Below are positions 47,101-55,429 of a stretch of DNA of 63,462 bases, one piece after another. Location: IMG/VR virus record IMGVR_UViG_3300021185_002499, positions 1 to 63,462 of that record, one strand, 5' to 3'. Within the stretch, counting starts at the first letter, position 1, and each line of letters starts with the position of its first letter. The notes under the pieces are model-generated. The model did no database searches, had not been told where the DNA came from, and worked only from the letters and a program-made list of their open reading frames with translations. The DNA comes from a virus. Lineage: Duplodnaviria > Caudoviricetes. The position numbers were made by a program, and so were the translations under genes.

Positions 47101-50100
47101 CTAAATTCACTGTCTTGCGTTATTTTTTCTTTTAAAATAGAAAATCCAAATTCAGGAGTATCATTACCAAAGGTGCATAAATCTTCTTTTAATCTTTCGG
47201 TAAACCTAATGTGTAAGTAACTTTGTTTTTCTCCACCTAAGAATTGGGTCCAGCCATGATCGGTTAGTTCAATAATTTTATAATCTAAAACCTCATATAA
47301 GTGGTCATGTGTACTAAATCTAATTTTAGAACCTGGTTCGATTATACTTAATAAAGTTTCGTCTGTATAAGAGCTTGACTGAGTTATTGTTATGTCATAT
47401 TCAGTTTTAGATTTTTTATCTTTATATCTTTTACCGTCTCTACCTCTTTTTCCATCAGTTGTTTTACCTCCACCATTTTTCAATCCCCCATGAGAAACAA
47501 AGTATGGAAATGAGCTTTTAGCCGCCCGTCTAGATCCAGTGTTTCCGTTTTCAACGTCATTACCAGCTATTCCAGACTCTGTGTGTATTGATATATACTC
47601 TTTTTCGTCTTCTTTTGTTAATTTTTCAATAATGTTCCGTTCAAAAACATTGTTGTTTTTAAATTTAACAAAAAACCTACCTGCAAACTCAGCTGTGTTA
47701 ACGTTTGGCTCTTTTTCTGATACTTGTAAAGTGATATTGCTTTTTATAGGACCAGCATTAGTATATAGTGATAATACATCAGTGTCAAAAGAACCATATA
47801 CAGTGACCTGAATATAGCTTTCAGTAGTTGATCCAGGGTAAGTTTTTATGTTTTTTATCTTGTATTCTTTACTTTCAGACCCATCACTTTCAGCTACAAA
47901 CTTAATGCTTTGACCTATTGCAAGTAACTTTGATTTAGAATCGCTTATACCATTTGACCCATCAGCTTGCCCTATTATAAAAGAAATTCCACCGCTTAAG
48001 GGAGTTTGATTCATGCCTTTGGTTGACACACTACCAGCAGTGTAAGCTCCTAATCTTTGTAAGAATGTCACTGAAGAAAAGTTTGTTACAACTTTTTGTT
48101 TAGCTGTTATAAACTCAGGTGGTTCGTTTTGAATATCTAATACTTTAAATTTATTATCAGCATCTACAACGGCTTCATCAGAATCATGCGCTTTTTTAAG
48201 AAGCAAATAATCTTCTTTATTTATCTTATTTACATCTGCAGATGAAAACGAAGCCCATACAAAGTTGGGGTCATCATCTTCTTGATAAATTCTATCTAGA
48301 GCTAAATTGTAGTACTCATTACTTGTCTCTTTGATGAAGTACTTAAAGTGAGTGGCCCACGCGGGCGCAGGGCTTGTAATTTTAGATTTTATAGCATTGT
48401 TTTTGCTAGAAAACTTTTTATTTATAGGTAAACTTCCTGATGGATTGGAAATAACAGGCGATTGTCTGTTAAATTCGTCAAGGTACACTACGCCTATTTG
48501 ATAATTTCTATTTGACTTTACCGTTCTTTGCCCAGCTACTGCAGCATTTTTAGGATAATCTCCTCTTGACACTGTAAAATTTACATCATTTGTTATGTTG
48601 TAATTTTGCAAATAATTAGCATATATTACCCTATTGGAAGATACCTCTTGTGCTTTAGCTTTCCTAGGTACATTATCCCATTGTCTTAACAGTTGATTGT
48701 TTTCAATTACAGAATGTATAATTTCTTTGTTTAATTCATACACTCCATTAAAATCTTTTTTCTTTTTTTTCTCAACAACATATAGGTTAGCGTTGCTGCT
48801 ATCTTTGTACACAATCTGTATTTCTTCAACATCATCATCTCCTAGCGATATGTCAGTTAGCTTTATTTTTCTAACGTTGTTTGTCATAGCTAGGTTATAG
48901 CCTTCTTTATTGTTATAAGAAAACAAGGTACCAGGTAAAAATGCGGCTTCGGAGAATGGTGCTAATACAGAATACTCCCCGTCAATGTACTTCCATCTAT
49001 AAGAAAAATGGGGAAATTTAAACTCATATAATGTTTTTTCTAAATCTTGCTTTAATTCAAAAACAAAATCTCCATCGTCTGGAGTAGAATATAATCTTAA
49101 TATTTTTAATACAATAGTTTTTTGGACGTCGCCTGTTATAGAAACAACTTCAAGCTCTCCTTTCAGTAAAGTTGATTGCCCAGACCTAGGTGTTAATGTG
49201 ATAGTGCTACCTATTTCCCATTGAATATTACTTGCATTCCAAGTTATGGTAAACTCATTATTATCATTTTCATCTAATCCAAACAAATTTAAGCTTACAG
49301 ACCTTATATAATCCCCTAATTCTACAGGATTGGCGTTTAGATCTAGTTTAGGAGCTGATAGAGGGGCTTTTTTCGCAACAGCTATATCTTTTTCAGAAAA
49401 AGATTTTCCATTAATCTGGGTGCGTATATGATCGTTCCCATCTGTATATTTTTTAAACTTAGCTATGTCTATTTTTCTTGGCTGATTGAAGTCATCTGTC
49501 CAAAAAAGAATACCATCTATTATATTAATTCCTGTAATAAAAGAATTTTTATTAAAATTTAATATAGTATTGTATATGTACTCAGCGTCTAAATCTAAAA
49601 CCTCAAGCGTGCTTCCTAAATACTCAATATCATAAAACACTAGTTCATTCCCCGCTGTATACTCTATTATAGTATTTTTAGGAATTTCAATGTCTATACC
49701 AAAAATATCATTTTTTAAGTATATTGTATTTTTTATAAGAGTTTGATCTCCTACCGAAAAAGTCTTTAGCTCCGCTCCTATTATTAACTCTAATTCTCTT
49801 TTTATATAATGCTTAACTACCAGTTCAGAACTTTCATTAGATCTTATAGTTACGCCGCCTAAGGTAGCGTTGTTTTTACTTTTTAAATCGGTAAGTATAG
49901 GCGTTACTTTGTTTTGAATTTCATTATATTCATAAATAGCGTCTACATAGTCGCTTGTAACAAACCAATATATTTTTTCTTGCAAGTCCCACTTTGCAGT
50001 ACCTATTGTTTTAGAATTCTCAAGAGTGCTGGTAATTTTAGAAACCTGCTCGTTACCTAGTAAATTTTCTATTGCGCCAACATCAGAGCCTTCAGAATTT

Positions 50101-50207
50101 GTAATATTAACGTTAAGAGCATCACGGTATTCTCCATTGGGAACTAATCTTTCATCAAGATCTTTATTCATTCTCCCTGAAGTGAAAGTATTTTTAATTT
50201 CCGCCAT
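41193..50207 (-). CDS. 3004-aa tail stabilisation/nozzle protein with a long C-terminal extension
   Basis: GRMNKDLDERLVPNGEYRDALN, LFWTD..PRKI, GIGLNPESFA..YFVDK.RG..RLS.DG, GWTSRKSF; C-terminal Ig/FN3-like repeats. Confidence 0.8.
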   Translation of the reverse strand: MAEIKNTFTSGRMNKDLDERLVPNGEYRDALNVNITNSEGSDVGAIENLLGNEQVSKITSTLENSKTIGTAKWDLQEKIYWFVTSDYVDAIYEYNEIQNKVTPILTDLKSKNNATLGGVTIRSNESSELVVKHYIKRELELIIGAELKTFSVGDQTLIKNTIYLKNDIFGIDIEIPKNTIIEYTAGNELVFYDIEYLGSTLEVLDLDAEYIYNTILNFNKNSFITGINIIDGILFWTDDFNQPRKIDIAKFKKYTDGNDHIRTQINGKSFSEKDIAVAKKAPLSAPKLDLNANPVELGDYIRSVSLNLFGLDENDNNEFTITWNASNIQWEIGSTITLTPRSGQSTLLKGELEVVSITGDVQKTIVLKILRLYSTPDDGDFVFELKQDLEKTLYEFKFPHFSYRWKYIDGEYSVLAPFSEAAFLPGTLFSYNNKEGYNLAMTNNVRKIKLTDISLGDDDVEEIQIVYKDSSNANLYVVEKKKKKDFNGVYELNKEIIHSVIENNQLLRQWDNVPRKAKAQEVSSNRVIYANYLQNYNITNDVNFTVSRGDYPKNAAVAGQRTVKSNRNYQIGVVYLDEFNRQSPVISNPSGSLPINKKFSSKNNAIKSKITSPAPAWATHFKYFIKETSNEYYNLALDRIYQEDDDPNFVWASFSSADVNKINKEDYLLLKKAHDSDEAVVDADNKFKVLDIQNEPPEFITAKQKVVTNFSSVTFLQRLGAYTAGSVSTKGMNQTPLSGGISFIIGQADGSNGISDSKSKLLAIGQSIKFVAESDGSESKEYKIKNIKTYPGSTTESYIQVTVYGSFDTDVLSLYTNAGPIKSNITLQVSEKEPNVNTAEFAGRFFVKFKNNNVFERNIIEKLTKEDEKEYISIHTESGIAGNDVENGNTGSRRAAKSSFPYFVSHGGLKNGGGKTTDGKRGRDGKRYKDKKSKTEYDITITQSSSYTDETLLSIIEPGSKIRFSTHDHLYEVLDYKIIELTDHGWTQFLGGEKQSYLHIRFTERLKEDLCTFGNDTPEFGFSILKEKITQDSEFSSLSPAIFETEPKENVTDLDLYYETQDSYSIEQHGKEQTLRWYNAFNFNGVESNRIRDDFNAPTIGKGVRVSTTLEEKYKEDRVSNGLIWSGIINSKNGVNESNQFIQALSITKNLLPSYGSIQKLYSRDSDLIALCEDKIVKVLADKDMLYNADGSSNLSASNLVLGSAIPFNGEYGIGLNPESFAVYGYRVYFVDKVRGAILRLSMDGLTDISNTGMSDFFNNRLSTYNTFLGSYDEYNRCYNVSIPCLDTVCFDEASGGWTSRKSFVPDTGISLNSKFYTYNNGELYLQDSKKALRNNFYGVQYLSSIQYVANQESSVVKRFRTIGYEGTKDWQAKLVTDQNTSTTLSFVEKENKYFSNIQGEEKTISNIDLKNFSVQGIGKPSNVSSVSEKQQKTFKVKLKPKTIAGFSCNKPIVNTNGIFTKETIISFNDTNDLAKIEIQPTDGYELDPDDFKTSGIDWTKDGDNLVAEIPVEELEEIENKNEDSNFKENDTIIIDEVESTNGDGKPLGDESGPVEDGIDKIFEIPFEGEAKEKDFTVSGSYNATLTNSSINIDTGDYTINNTKNRKVQTVIRKITPDDGYSIFVDDITTNSNRATFEAIKNDDGSITVTEFVSIDGINESNIDYEISLDAVEKVIPNPVIEGFTVLEPVIPLIGGEITVEIIGDEGAEVDVLLLDEDGDLIASEKAIIPEEGEAYVDFIAPPSTDDKTLSVQIDTGDNTDTAPGIKLGEPFSVEQKQNDISEIKISATSYVFTNGIIYPASTSNTQVITGYKDESSNGIKTVSWEIGPPAGVSWNEVRDIISDDFVSISGEANIIKYSNLTNEVLTSGNIGYLKVTADVYVEEFVGNQEIVLNIDNIVSKQVTLTFTFSVPGGKNYSYSSANDIDVTGNAGSSIGDSATNLLLFKLISTSSFSFERPTNIKTFLTDNFILEENSTDVTSKYIDSLIYEENDDKSIFVGFKINKSVLFPSTDSTVTFKPKTSSTFDAANKVISNSLINIYVQDSDDNPVGSIPYVSTAGSNANLNDSFSDNAEVNVAKTITKTIVPLDGFTFTGAGTISVTTSATNITIGSGGVTATVNSAGQIVCGIPYTPTAENARLDIIIEAPDPIRKITPIVISVGFNDKKDAASDNVSTTTTVYTNGDPNDPQPGDKFFEDEDGAILLDDLYYSFGNDVIEVSGGSVNVVINKSKIDKGTKPIIDSIQIIENEYTYFIALIKLSYSGGADIADVNVTYDTIYQVPNGLTGSINLPVNTINKGKYVDGYSSMNIPSLNVDTNGATIKITVQKPTDHTGPLFVTKDGGAVTSLNPLYEHTPVFYLKAYASNTKTSNNVGYSDTIQVPIVYNKSISLGVTTTTANNSSYIKKNSLSSNLQVGNWQEGYKADFGAVLTNTSKINTDYISYGVLVSDQNSNPSFNQDFTLPSDTKMFVFDNNVGTAVTGNSSIYNLSPDTTYYYKAFAWIKGNTASAIPYISDNNAKVYPYGVTLKNNWQGIGTTIYYGTSKSITTQTFGLPTVVTNDATDKTNSSVELNGNITNINGATLFGKGFVLSAQGIPDIINSDFIFSIGGQNTGAFNKTVDNLLTNINYRYRAFGEGEKGYSYGDIKTFTLEDSIVPSVDISAATSLTENSGILNGEIISGGNSSVTESGFIYFAGTGLNTANFDINYAGVKIADTTDFSGNFSKAISGLAENTTYSFRSYAKNSGGYGYSNEILTFTTNKSLVLPAITMQPLDMQNVTGYGEVDLKINAVISNTDSFSNIGLSIYSFDLQKTGFEVLFYDKGYKNKYFTKNGNNISYELKDSYNQSNETEIIAFQFWIENNVGKQYSQPLVWVPPIPYRKKPSYQYRIFPEGISEATFYLDSDYVNKINVFYENGYKIIDNYTATNAKITRQGGINIFSFDDSKKPSITTVDKVIMTVNKDHLLNNTSFSGNITNFIKNIPDTLKIEIPIVTRGNDWDSGNMNFKL

Positions 50208-50212
50208 TTAAA

Positions 50213-51103
50213 TTAGTGTTTGATGTGTTTAGACTTACCTCTCATTAATTGCGTCATTTCAGCTAAATTCAATCTTGATAATCTTAATTTGGCTGCTCTT
50301 ATAGCCGCTCTCTTTTCTTTTTTGTATCTATTTATTTGATACTCAGGTACATTTTCTTTTACAGAAATTATAGAATGCATGATACTTTTATACATAGCTT
50401 CTTCTGCAAACTTGTGAACTATCATATCCCCGTCAATAGCTAAACCATCTGAAATATATTTAATTACAATAATTCTACCCGTAAAGTCGCCACTAAATGA
50501 TATAAGCCCATTAGCTTCATCAATGCTATACACGCCGTTTTTAGTAGCATTAACCGAATCTAATCCATATCTTTTTCCATTATTTACATTATAACCAAAC
50601 CCTTCTTCTAATGCGTTTATATTCGAGTTAGCTGTGGTGTTTGGTGTAGAGCTGCTTGCATGCCACTTTTTTTCTGTTTCAGATTTAGTTGCAAAAGCAA
50701 TATTTTGATCAGCATCATATATATAATCGTAGTTGCTGTCTTGAAGTACTGGTCTAGGTGTGCTAGATAATCTGTTTGGCAAAACAAGCATCTCCACCCC
50801 GTCACTATTCACCCATGTAATCTTAGCTATATTAACACAATCATGTGGTATAGAAACAGATAATGATGGCGGTATTTCAAGCTCTTGTGATTTTGCCGAC
50901 TTTAAAGTGTCATAATTTAATTCTTGAATAGCTCTTTGTGCGTAAAATGCAACGTCTGTTCTTTTAGCCTTCTTTATAATTCTTTCTTCACCTGTATATC
51001 CCACAATAAAGTTTGAAATAATATCAGGTAATGTTATAAATTTATAATTGCCTTTGTCTTGGCTATCATAATATTCTTGTGGAGTGTTTGTTAAAAGAGC
51101 CAT
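50213..51103 (-). CDS. Tail tubular / ring protein
   Basis: Position; AQRAIQEL..IPHDCVN..YISDGL..VHKFAEEA. Confidence 0.65.
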   Translation of the reverse strand: MALLTNTPQEYYDSQDKGNYKFITLPDIISNFIVGYTGEERIIKKAKRTDVAFYAQRAIQELNYDTLKSAKSQELEIPPSLSVSIPHDCVNIAKITWVNSDGVEMLVLPNRLSSTPRPVLQDSNYDYIYDADQNIAFATKSETEKKWHASSSTPNTTANSNINALEEGFGYNVNNGKRYGLDSVNATKNGVYSIDEANGLISFSGDFTGRIIVIKYISDGLAIDGDMIVHKFAEEAMYKSIMHSIISVKENVPEYQINRYKKEKRAAIRAAKLRLSRLNLAEMTQLMRGKSKHIKH

Positions 51104-51106
51104 TTA

Positions 51107-51781
51107 TTATGATTTTTCTTGATTTATTTTTTTGTTGCTGACACCTTCAATTACTTGTGTTATATCAGTTTGCTTAATTGAAACTCCAGCGTAAGAAAGT
51201 ATTTTTAAAACTAAATTAGTTTCGTCGGATTCATGCAACTCAAAATTTGTTGAATTAGATGAATCATATAAAGCTGTGTTGTTTATTTCGGTATAAGCCC
51301 ACTCTACTGTTTTAGGAATTTTAACGTAGTTTATACTTATTGAGCTTAAAAAAGGGAATGTAAATATAGAAGTTCCTTTTTTAGTGTAAACCGGATAGGT
51401 TTCCGTAGGCGCAGTCAAGGGTGATGCACTTATTTCTTTTAATTCTTTTTCACTAACATAACCAACTTCTATGTTCCCAAGAGTAATAGATCCTATCCTA
51501 TATAAATCCTCAGGAGTAACGTGAGATAATTCGTCTGTAACAACATTAACTGTTGTTTCAAGTAGACTTATTTTATCTTCAATGTTGTTTATAATGTTTG
51601 CGTATTCTGAGCTATTAGAACCAGCTCTTGTAAATTGATTTAAATCATAAAAATATTGTTCAAATATTTCTAATTGACTTTGATTAGCCATAAGATTAAA
51701 CTCTTGAGGAGTAATGTAACCTCTATTCTCTTTGTTAAGAATAGCTAGTACTCTTTGATATACTGTATCTATGCTAACCAT
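51107..51781 (-). CDS. Head-tail adaptor / ring protein
   Basis: VLAILNKENRGYITPQEFN..FELH..LVLKIL.YAG; position. Confidence 0.65.
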   Translation of the reverse strand: MVSIDTVYQRVLAILNKENRGYITPQEFNLMANQSQLEIFEQYFYDLNQFTRAGSNSSEYANIINNIEDKISLLETTVNVVTDELSHVTPEDLYRIGSITLGNIEVGYVSEKELKEISASPLTAPTETYPVYTKKGTSIFTFPFLSSISINYVKIPKTVEWAYTEINNTALYDSSNSTNFELHESDETNLVLKILSYAGVSIKQTDITQVIEGVSNKKINQEKS

Positions 51782-51839
51782 ATTTTTTTTGTTTATAGGA
51801 GTAAGGCCACCTATAAGATGGCCATACCACTATAGATGA

Positions 51840-52673
51840 TTACTTAATTTTCTTTTCTATTGATTTGTAAATTTCAACACCTTCATCTGTTTTTAAATAT
51901 GCTGCAAATGCAGAATATGGATTTTCATCAAAAGGAATTGACATTAACTTTTTATTATTACTAGCCCAATGAAAACTTCTTTGATCACCTGACAGACTTA
52001 TTATACCTGCTTCAGCTGCTTTAATACCAAAGTTTCTTAATTGAACATTTTCGTCATTAACTAAACTAATGAATAATTCCGGATCTCTTCTTGAGAATAA
52101 TAATAAATCTCTTTTAATTTCAGATGATGTCATTTTAGACACTCCAGAACCTTGTTCTACTCTTAAAACCGCTTCAGCATGATCAATATCTAAATCTCTT
52201 GCTAAGTTTAATGCTTCGATTTCAAGCTCAATATCAGCTAATTCATCCTTTGCTTCAGCTATGTTGTCAAGTTCATAGTAAGTCAAATTATTTTGTGGAT
52301 GATATAGCGATAATAGTTTTTGTAATGATTGCTTAGACTTTGGAACAAATAAAGTTCCATCTCTAAACACAATGTGGCTTAATGTTGAATAACCACTCTG
52401 TTCGTCTCTAAAAGGAGACCTCTGATTAGAGGCATACCTCAATTCTCTTTCTTCATTCTTACTTTCATCCCACCACATTAAAGGGTTTTTTGAATGATGT
52501 CTAGACGCTAACGTATATGTTATTGGAGACTTATCACCAGTTAAGACATATGTGCGATCTTTGATTTCCCACGAGTCTTTTGGTTTTTTAACTTCAACTG
52601 GAGCTGCTGCTACAGGAGTTATTTCTTGTTGAGGCATATCTTCAACTATTGCCTCGGCTTTCTTTTTTGCCAT
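51840..52673 (-). CDS. Hypothetical protein downstream of the capsid gene
   Basis: Long clean ORF in the head module. Confidence 0.6.
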   Translation of the reverse strand: MAKKKAEAIVEDMPQQEITPVAAAPVEVKKPKDSWEIKDRTYVLTGDKSPITYTLASRHHSKNPLMWWDESKNEERELRYASNQRSPFRDEQSGYSTLSHIVFRDGTLFVPKSKQSLQKLLSLYHPQNNLTYYELDNIAEAKDELADIELEIEALNLARDLDIDHAEAVLRVEQGSGVSKMTSSEIKRDLLLFSRRDPELFISLVNDENVQLRNFGIKAAEAGIISLSGDQRSFHWASNNKKLMSIPFDENPYSAFAAYLKTDEGVEIYKSIEKKIK

Positions 52674-52695
52674 GATATAATATAATAAAATTTGT

Positions 52696-52738
52696 AAAAA
52701 GTAAAGGTAGGGACGCCGTTAAGCGCCCCATTCTTTAC
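52696..52738 (-). terminator. Intrinsic terminator after the major capsid gene
   Basis: Minus strand GTAAAGAATGGGGCGC-TTAACG-GCGTCCCTACCTTTAC-TTTTT. Confidence 0.8.
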
Positions 52739-52746
52739 ATTAGTAA

Positions 52747-54177
52747 TTATGATTGAGTAACAGACTTAAACAAAGTAAAGTTGTTCGCTCCTTGTACACA
52801 TAAACATCTTTCAGACAAGAAGTGTACGTTCATTTCATCCTTGTCAGTTGTGTAAACTCCACCTACAGATCCAGTGATCCAAGATTTCATTTTTCTATCA
52901 TCTGCTTCAGATGCACGGTAACGTACATGCAAGAAAGGACGCTTAATGTTCTTACCTAACTGCTGATCGTATACAGTAGAAGTACCAGCTGGTACAAGTA
53001 CACCATCAATATCAGAAGTAAGACCACGTGTAGCAGCATCATTTAAGTATTTCCAGTCAGTTTTGTAGAAGTCATAAGAACCTCTGCGGAAACCACTAAA
53101 TCCTAAGTTAAGTGCCATATCCTCACTGTTGTTGAATACTCCGAAAGAAGATCCACCATTATAGTGAGCATTAACAGCTCCTAGCATATCATCAAAAGCA
53201 AGCGCAGTTGTACGATTTAAGAAAAGCATGTTTTCCTCAATAGCTCCTTGCTTGTCAAGATTCTTAAGAATTTCATCAAAATCTTGCATTGCAGATCTGT
53301 TTGCTCCAGCATCTGCTAAAGTAGCTTCACCTGAATTGAAGTTTTGATAAATATTTCCTCTTGATTCAATAGCAGCAAAAAGACCTTCAGTACCTTTGTA
53401 GCTAGCACCAATTGCTCCAGAACCTGTAGCAGCTAGTTCACCTTCTACCATAGACATTTCTAAGTAGTCTTCAAAACGTAAACGAGTTTCGTGCTCAGAC
53501 TTTAAGTACCATAGGTATCCTCCAGCTCCATTTTCAGTAGTTACTTCAACCCACCCGATTTGAGCAGCGTCAGAACCTGAAATTGAATACTTATCTTTGA
53601 TGATGATTGGAGAATTGCTAAACTGTTGGAAACCAGCATCTACAGATCCTTCCATTCCATTAGTTCCTTTCTTAAATTCAGAACCATATACAAATACTTT
53701 TACAGCTACCGCAGTACCTGTAGAAAGTCCAGCAGCATCTAATGTTGCTCCAGCATAAGCTAATACAGTGAAAGTGTTTGTTGTTACAGCACTTACAACA
53801 CCTTTAACAGTCGCTAACCCTTCAGCAATAGCTACAGTTTGTCCAACGCGTACAGCGTGTCCATTTTCTGTAATTACTCCTGTAGCAGTGTTTGCAGCTG
53901 CATTGTCATAAGCAATGTGTAATCTTCCTTGTTCTGACCAGATAACTTGATCTGACGCAGAAGGAATTTCAGCACCTACCATACGTAAGAAAGACGATAC
54001 AGAACGATTTCCGTATCTTTCAACTTCCTTTTCGTATACGTCTGGTAAAAATTGTTGAGCAAAAGTTCCTCCTCCAGAACCAGAGTCGAATGTTAGATAG
54101 TTTGTTCCAAACAAACTTTTAGTTGGTGATGGTGTTAATCCCGCGGGAAACGATCCACCTGTTTCAAATAATCCCAT
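52747..54177 (-). CDS. Major capsid protein
   Basis: Follows portal and scaffold, is followed by a terminator, and has plausible size and composition. Confidence 0.85.
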   Translation of the reverse strand: MGLFETGGSFPAGLTPSPTKSLFGTNYLTFDSGSGGGTFAQQFLPDVYEKEVERYGNRSVSSFLRMVGAEIPSASDQVIWSEQGRLHIAYDNAAANTATGVITENGHAVRVGQTVAIAEGLATVKGVVSAVTTNTFTVLAYAGATLDAAGLSTGTAVAVKVFVYGSEFKKGTNGMEGSVDAGFQQFSNSPIIIKDKYSISGSDAAQIGWVEVTTENGAGGYLWYLKSEHETRLRFEDYLEMSMVEGELAATGSGAIGASYKGTEGLFAAIESRGNIYQNFNSGEATLADAGANRSAMQDFDEILKNLDKQGAIEENMLFLNRTTALAFDDMLGAVNAHYNGGSSFGVFNNSEDMALNLGFSGFRRGSYDFYKTDWKYLNDAATRGLTSDIDGVLVPAGTSTVYDQQLGKNIKRPFLHVRYRASEADDRKMKSWITGSVGGVYTTDKDEMNVHFLSERCLCVQGANNFTLFKSVTQS

Positions 54178-54196
54178 TTTTAAATGTTAATTAGTG

Positions 54197-55396
54197 TTAA
54201 TTTTTAATTTTAAATTTTAAACGACTCGCATCATCACCGCTAATTGCTCTTACTTTTAGACCACTAGTAGCTGTTACTTTTTCATGAGATCCCCTAGGGT
54301 CCATGTCTATGTTTTTGGAATTCTTCATTTGGCTTTTAACCGCATCAGCTTTTCCTTGTTCATAGAAGTGATTAGCTATAGCATCTGAGTTCATAGCTGT
54401 AAACAAAGCTTTGTGATATCCCTTAGCATCCGTCATTTCGTTGTTATCATTAACAAATTTGCTAACCAACGTGTTTATGTCAGATTGAGATCCTTTTACT
54501 TTATCTACATCTTTAACGTTAAATCTATAATTTGAATCGCCTACTTTATATTCAAAACCTTTGAAATCAGTAGAAAATAACTCATTCGTTCTTTGTTCAA
54601 ATACAGATCTTTGTTCTTGCTTAGATGTTTGATTCGTTTTATAATCATTGTAAAACTCAACCGCTTCTTTCTGTTCGGGATTTAACTTTGAACTTAACTT
54701 AAGATCTCTGTAATATTTATCCTTTAAATTGGTAAGACTCGATTTTGCTTCAGCTATTGATTCCTTGAATGCAAGTTTTTTGCGTTTTATATCACGCTCA
54801 TCATCCACCTCTTCATCATAAGCGAAATTGTCTTCTATTAAAAATTCAACTTCGTCTGGTGCTAAATGAGGTTTTGTTTTCCGGTAGTATTCGCGTAACA
54901 ACTCAGTGTCATTCATTTCACTGTAATCTTTGTTAAGATTTACATAGTCTTCAACGGTACCGCCGGTCTCTTCTAGAAAGCTTACTAGCTTGTCTATATT
55001 GTCAGGAAGCTCTCTATTACTATTTACATCTTCCTCTTCTTCTTTAAGCTTATTAGGAATATCTTTTATCTTATCTGCTAAGCTAGTAGGTTCCTCTTCT
55101 ACTTGTTCTTCTTGTACGAGCTCGACGATTGGACTTTCATCGTTATCGGGCCGTACTTCTTCGTCCACTTCTTCGCTATCTGTGGTTCGTTCGCCCACAT
55201 CCACGCTTGTTGTTTCTTGCTCTTGAATGGCATCTTCTTCTTGTGTTTCTGGTTGCTGTCTTAAGTCTAGCTTTATAGTGCCATCTTCATCAACACTAAC
55301 ATTGCTAGGAGCTTCTTCTTGTGTTTCTTGAGCAGGAGCAGTTTGATCTTCCACTACTTCCTGTACTGTTTCTTCTTGATTTGTTTCTTCTGACAT
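54197..55396 (-). CDS. Capsid scaffolding protein
   Basis: Very acidic disordered N-terminus, helical C-terminus; between portal and capsid genes. Confidence 0.75.
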   Translation of the reverse strand: MSEETNQEETVQEVVEDQTAPAQETQEEAPSNVSVDEDGTIKLDLRQQPETQEEDAIQEQETTSVDVGERTTDSEEVDEEVRPDNDESPIVELVQEEQVEEEPTSLADKIKDIPNKLKEEEEDVNSNRELPDNIDKLVSFLEETGGTVEDYVNLNKDYSEMNDTELLREYYRKTKPHLAPDEVEFLIEDNFAYDEEVDDERDIKRKKLAFKESIAEAKSSLTNLKDKYYRDLKLSSKLNPEQKEAVEFYNDYKTNQTSKQEQRSVFEQRTNELFSTDFKGFEYKVGDSNYRFNVKDVDKVKGSQSDINTLVSKFVNDNNEMTDAKGYHKALFTAMNSDAIANHFYEQGKADAVKSQMKNSKNIDMDPRGSHEKVTATSGLKVRAISGDDASRLKFKIKN

Positions 55397-55429
55397 GATA
55401 AAATATTATAAAATTAATTGTGGGTGTTA

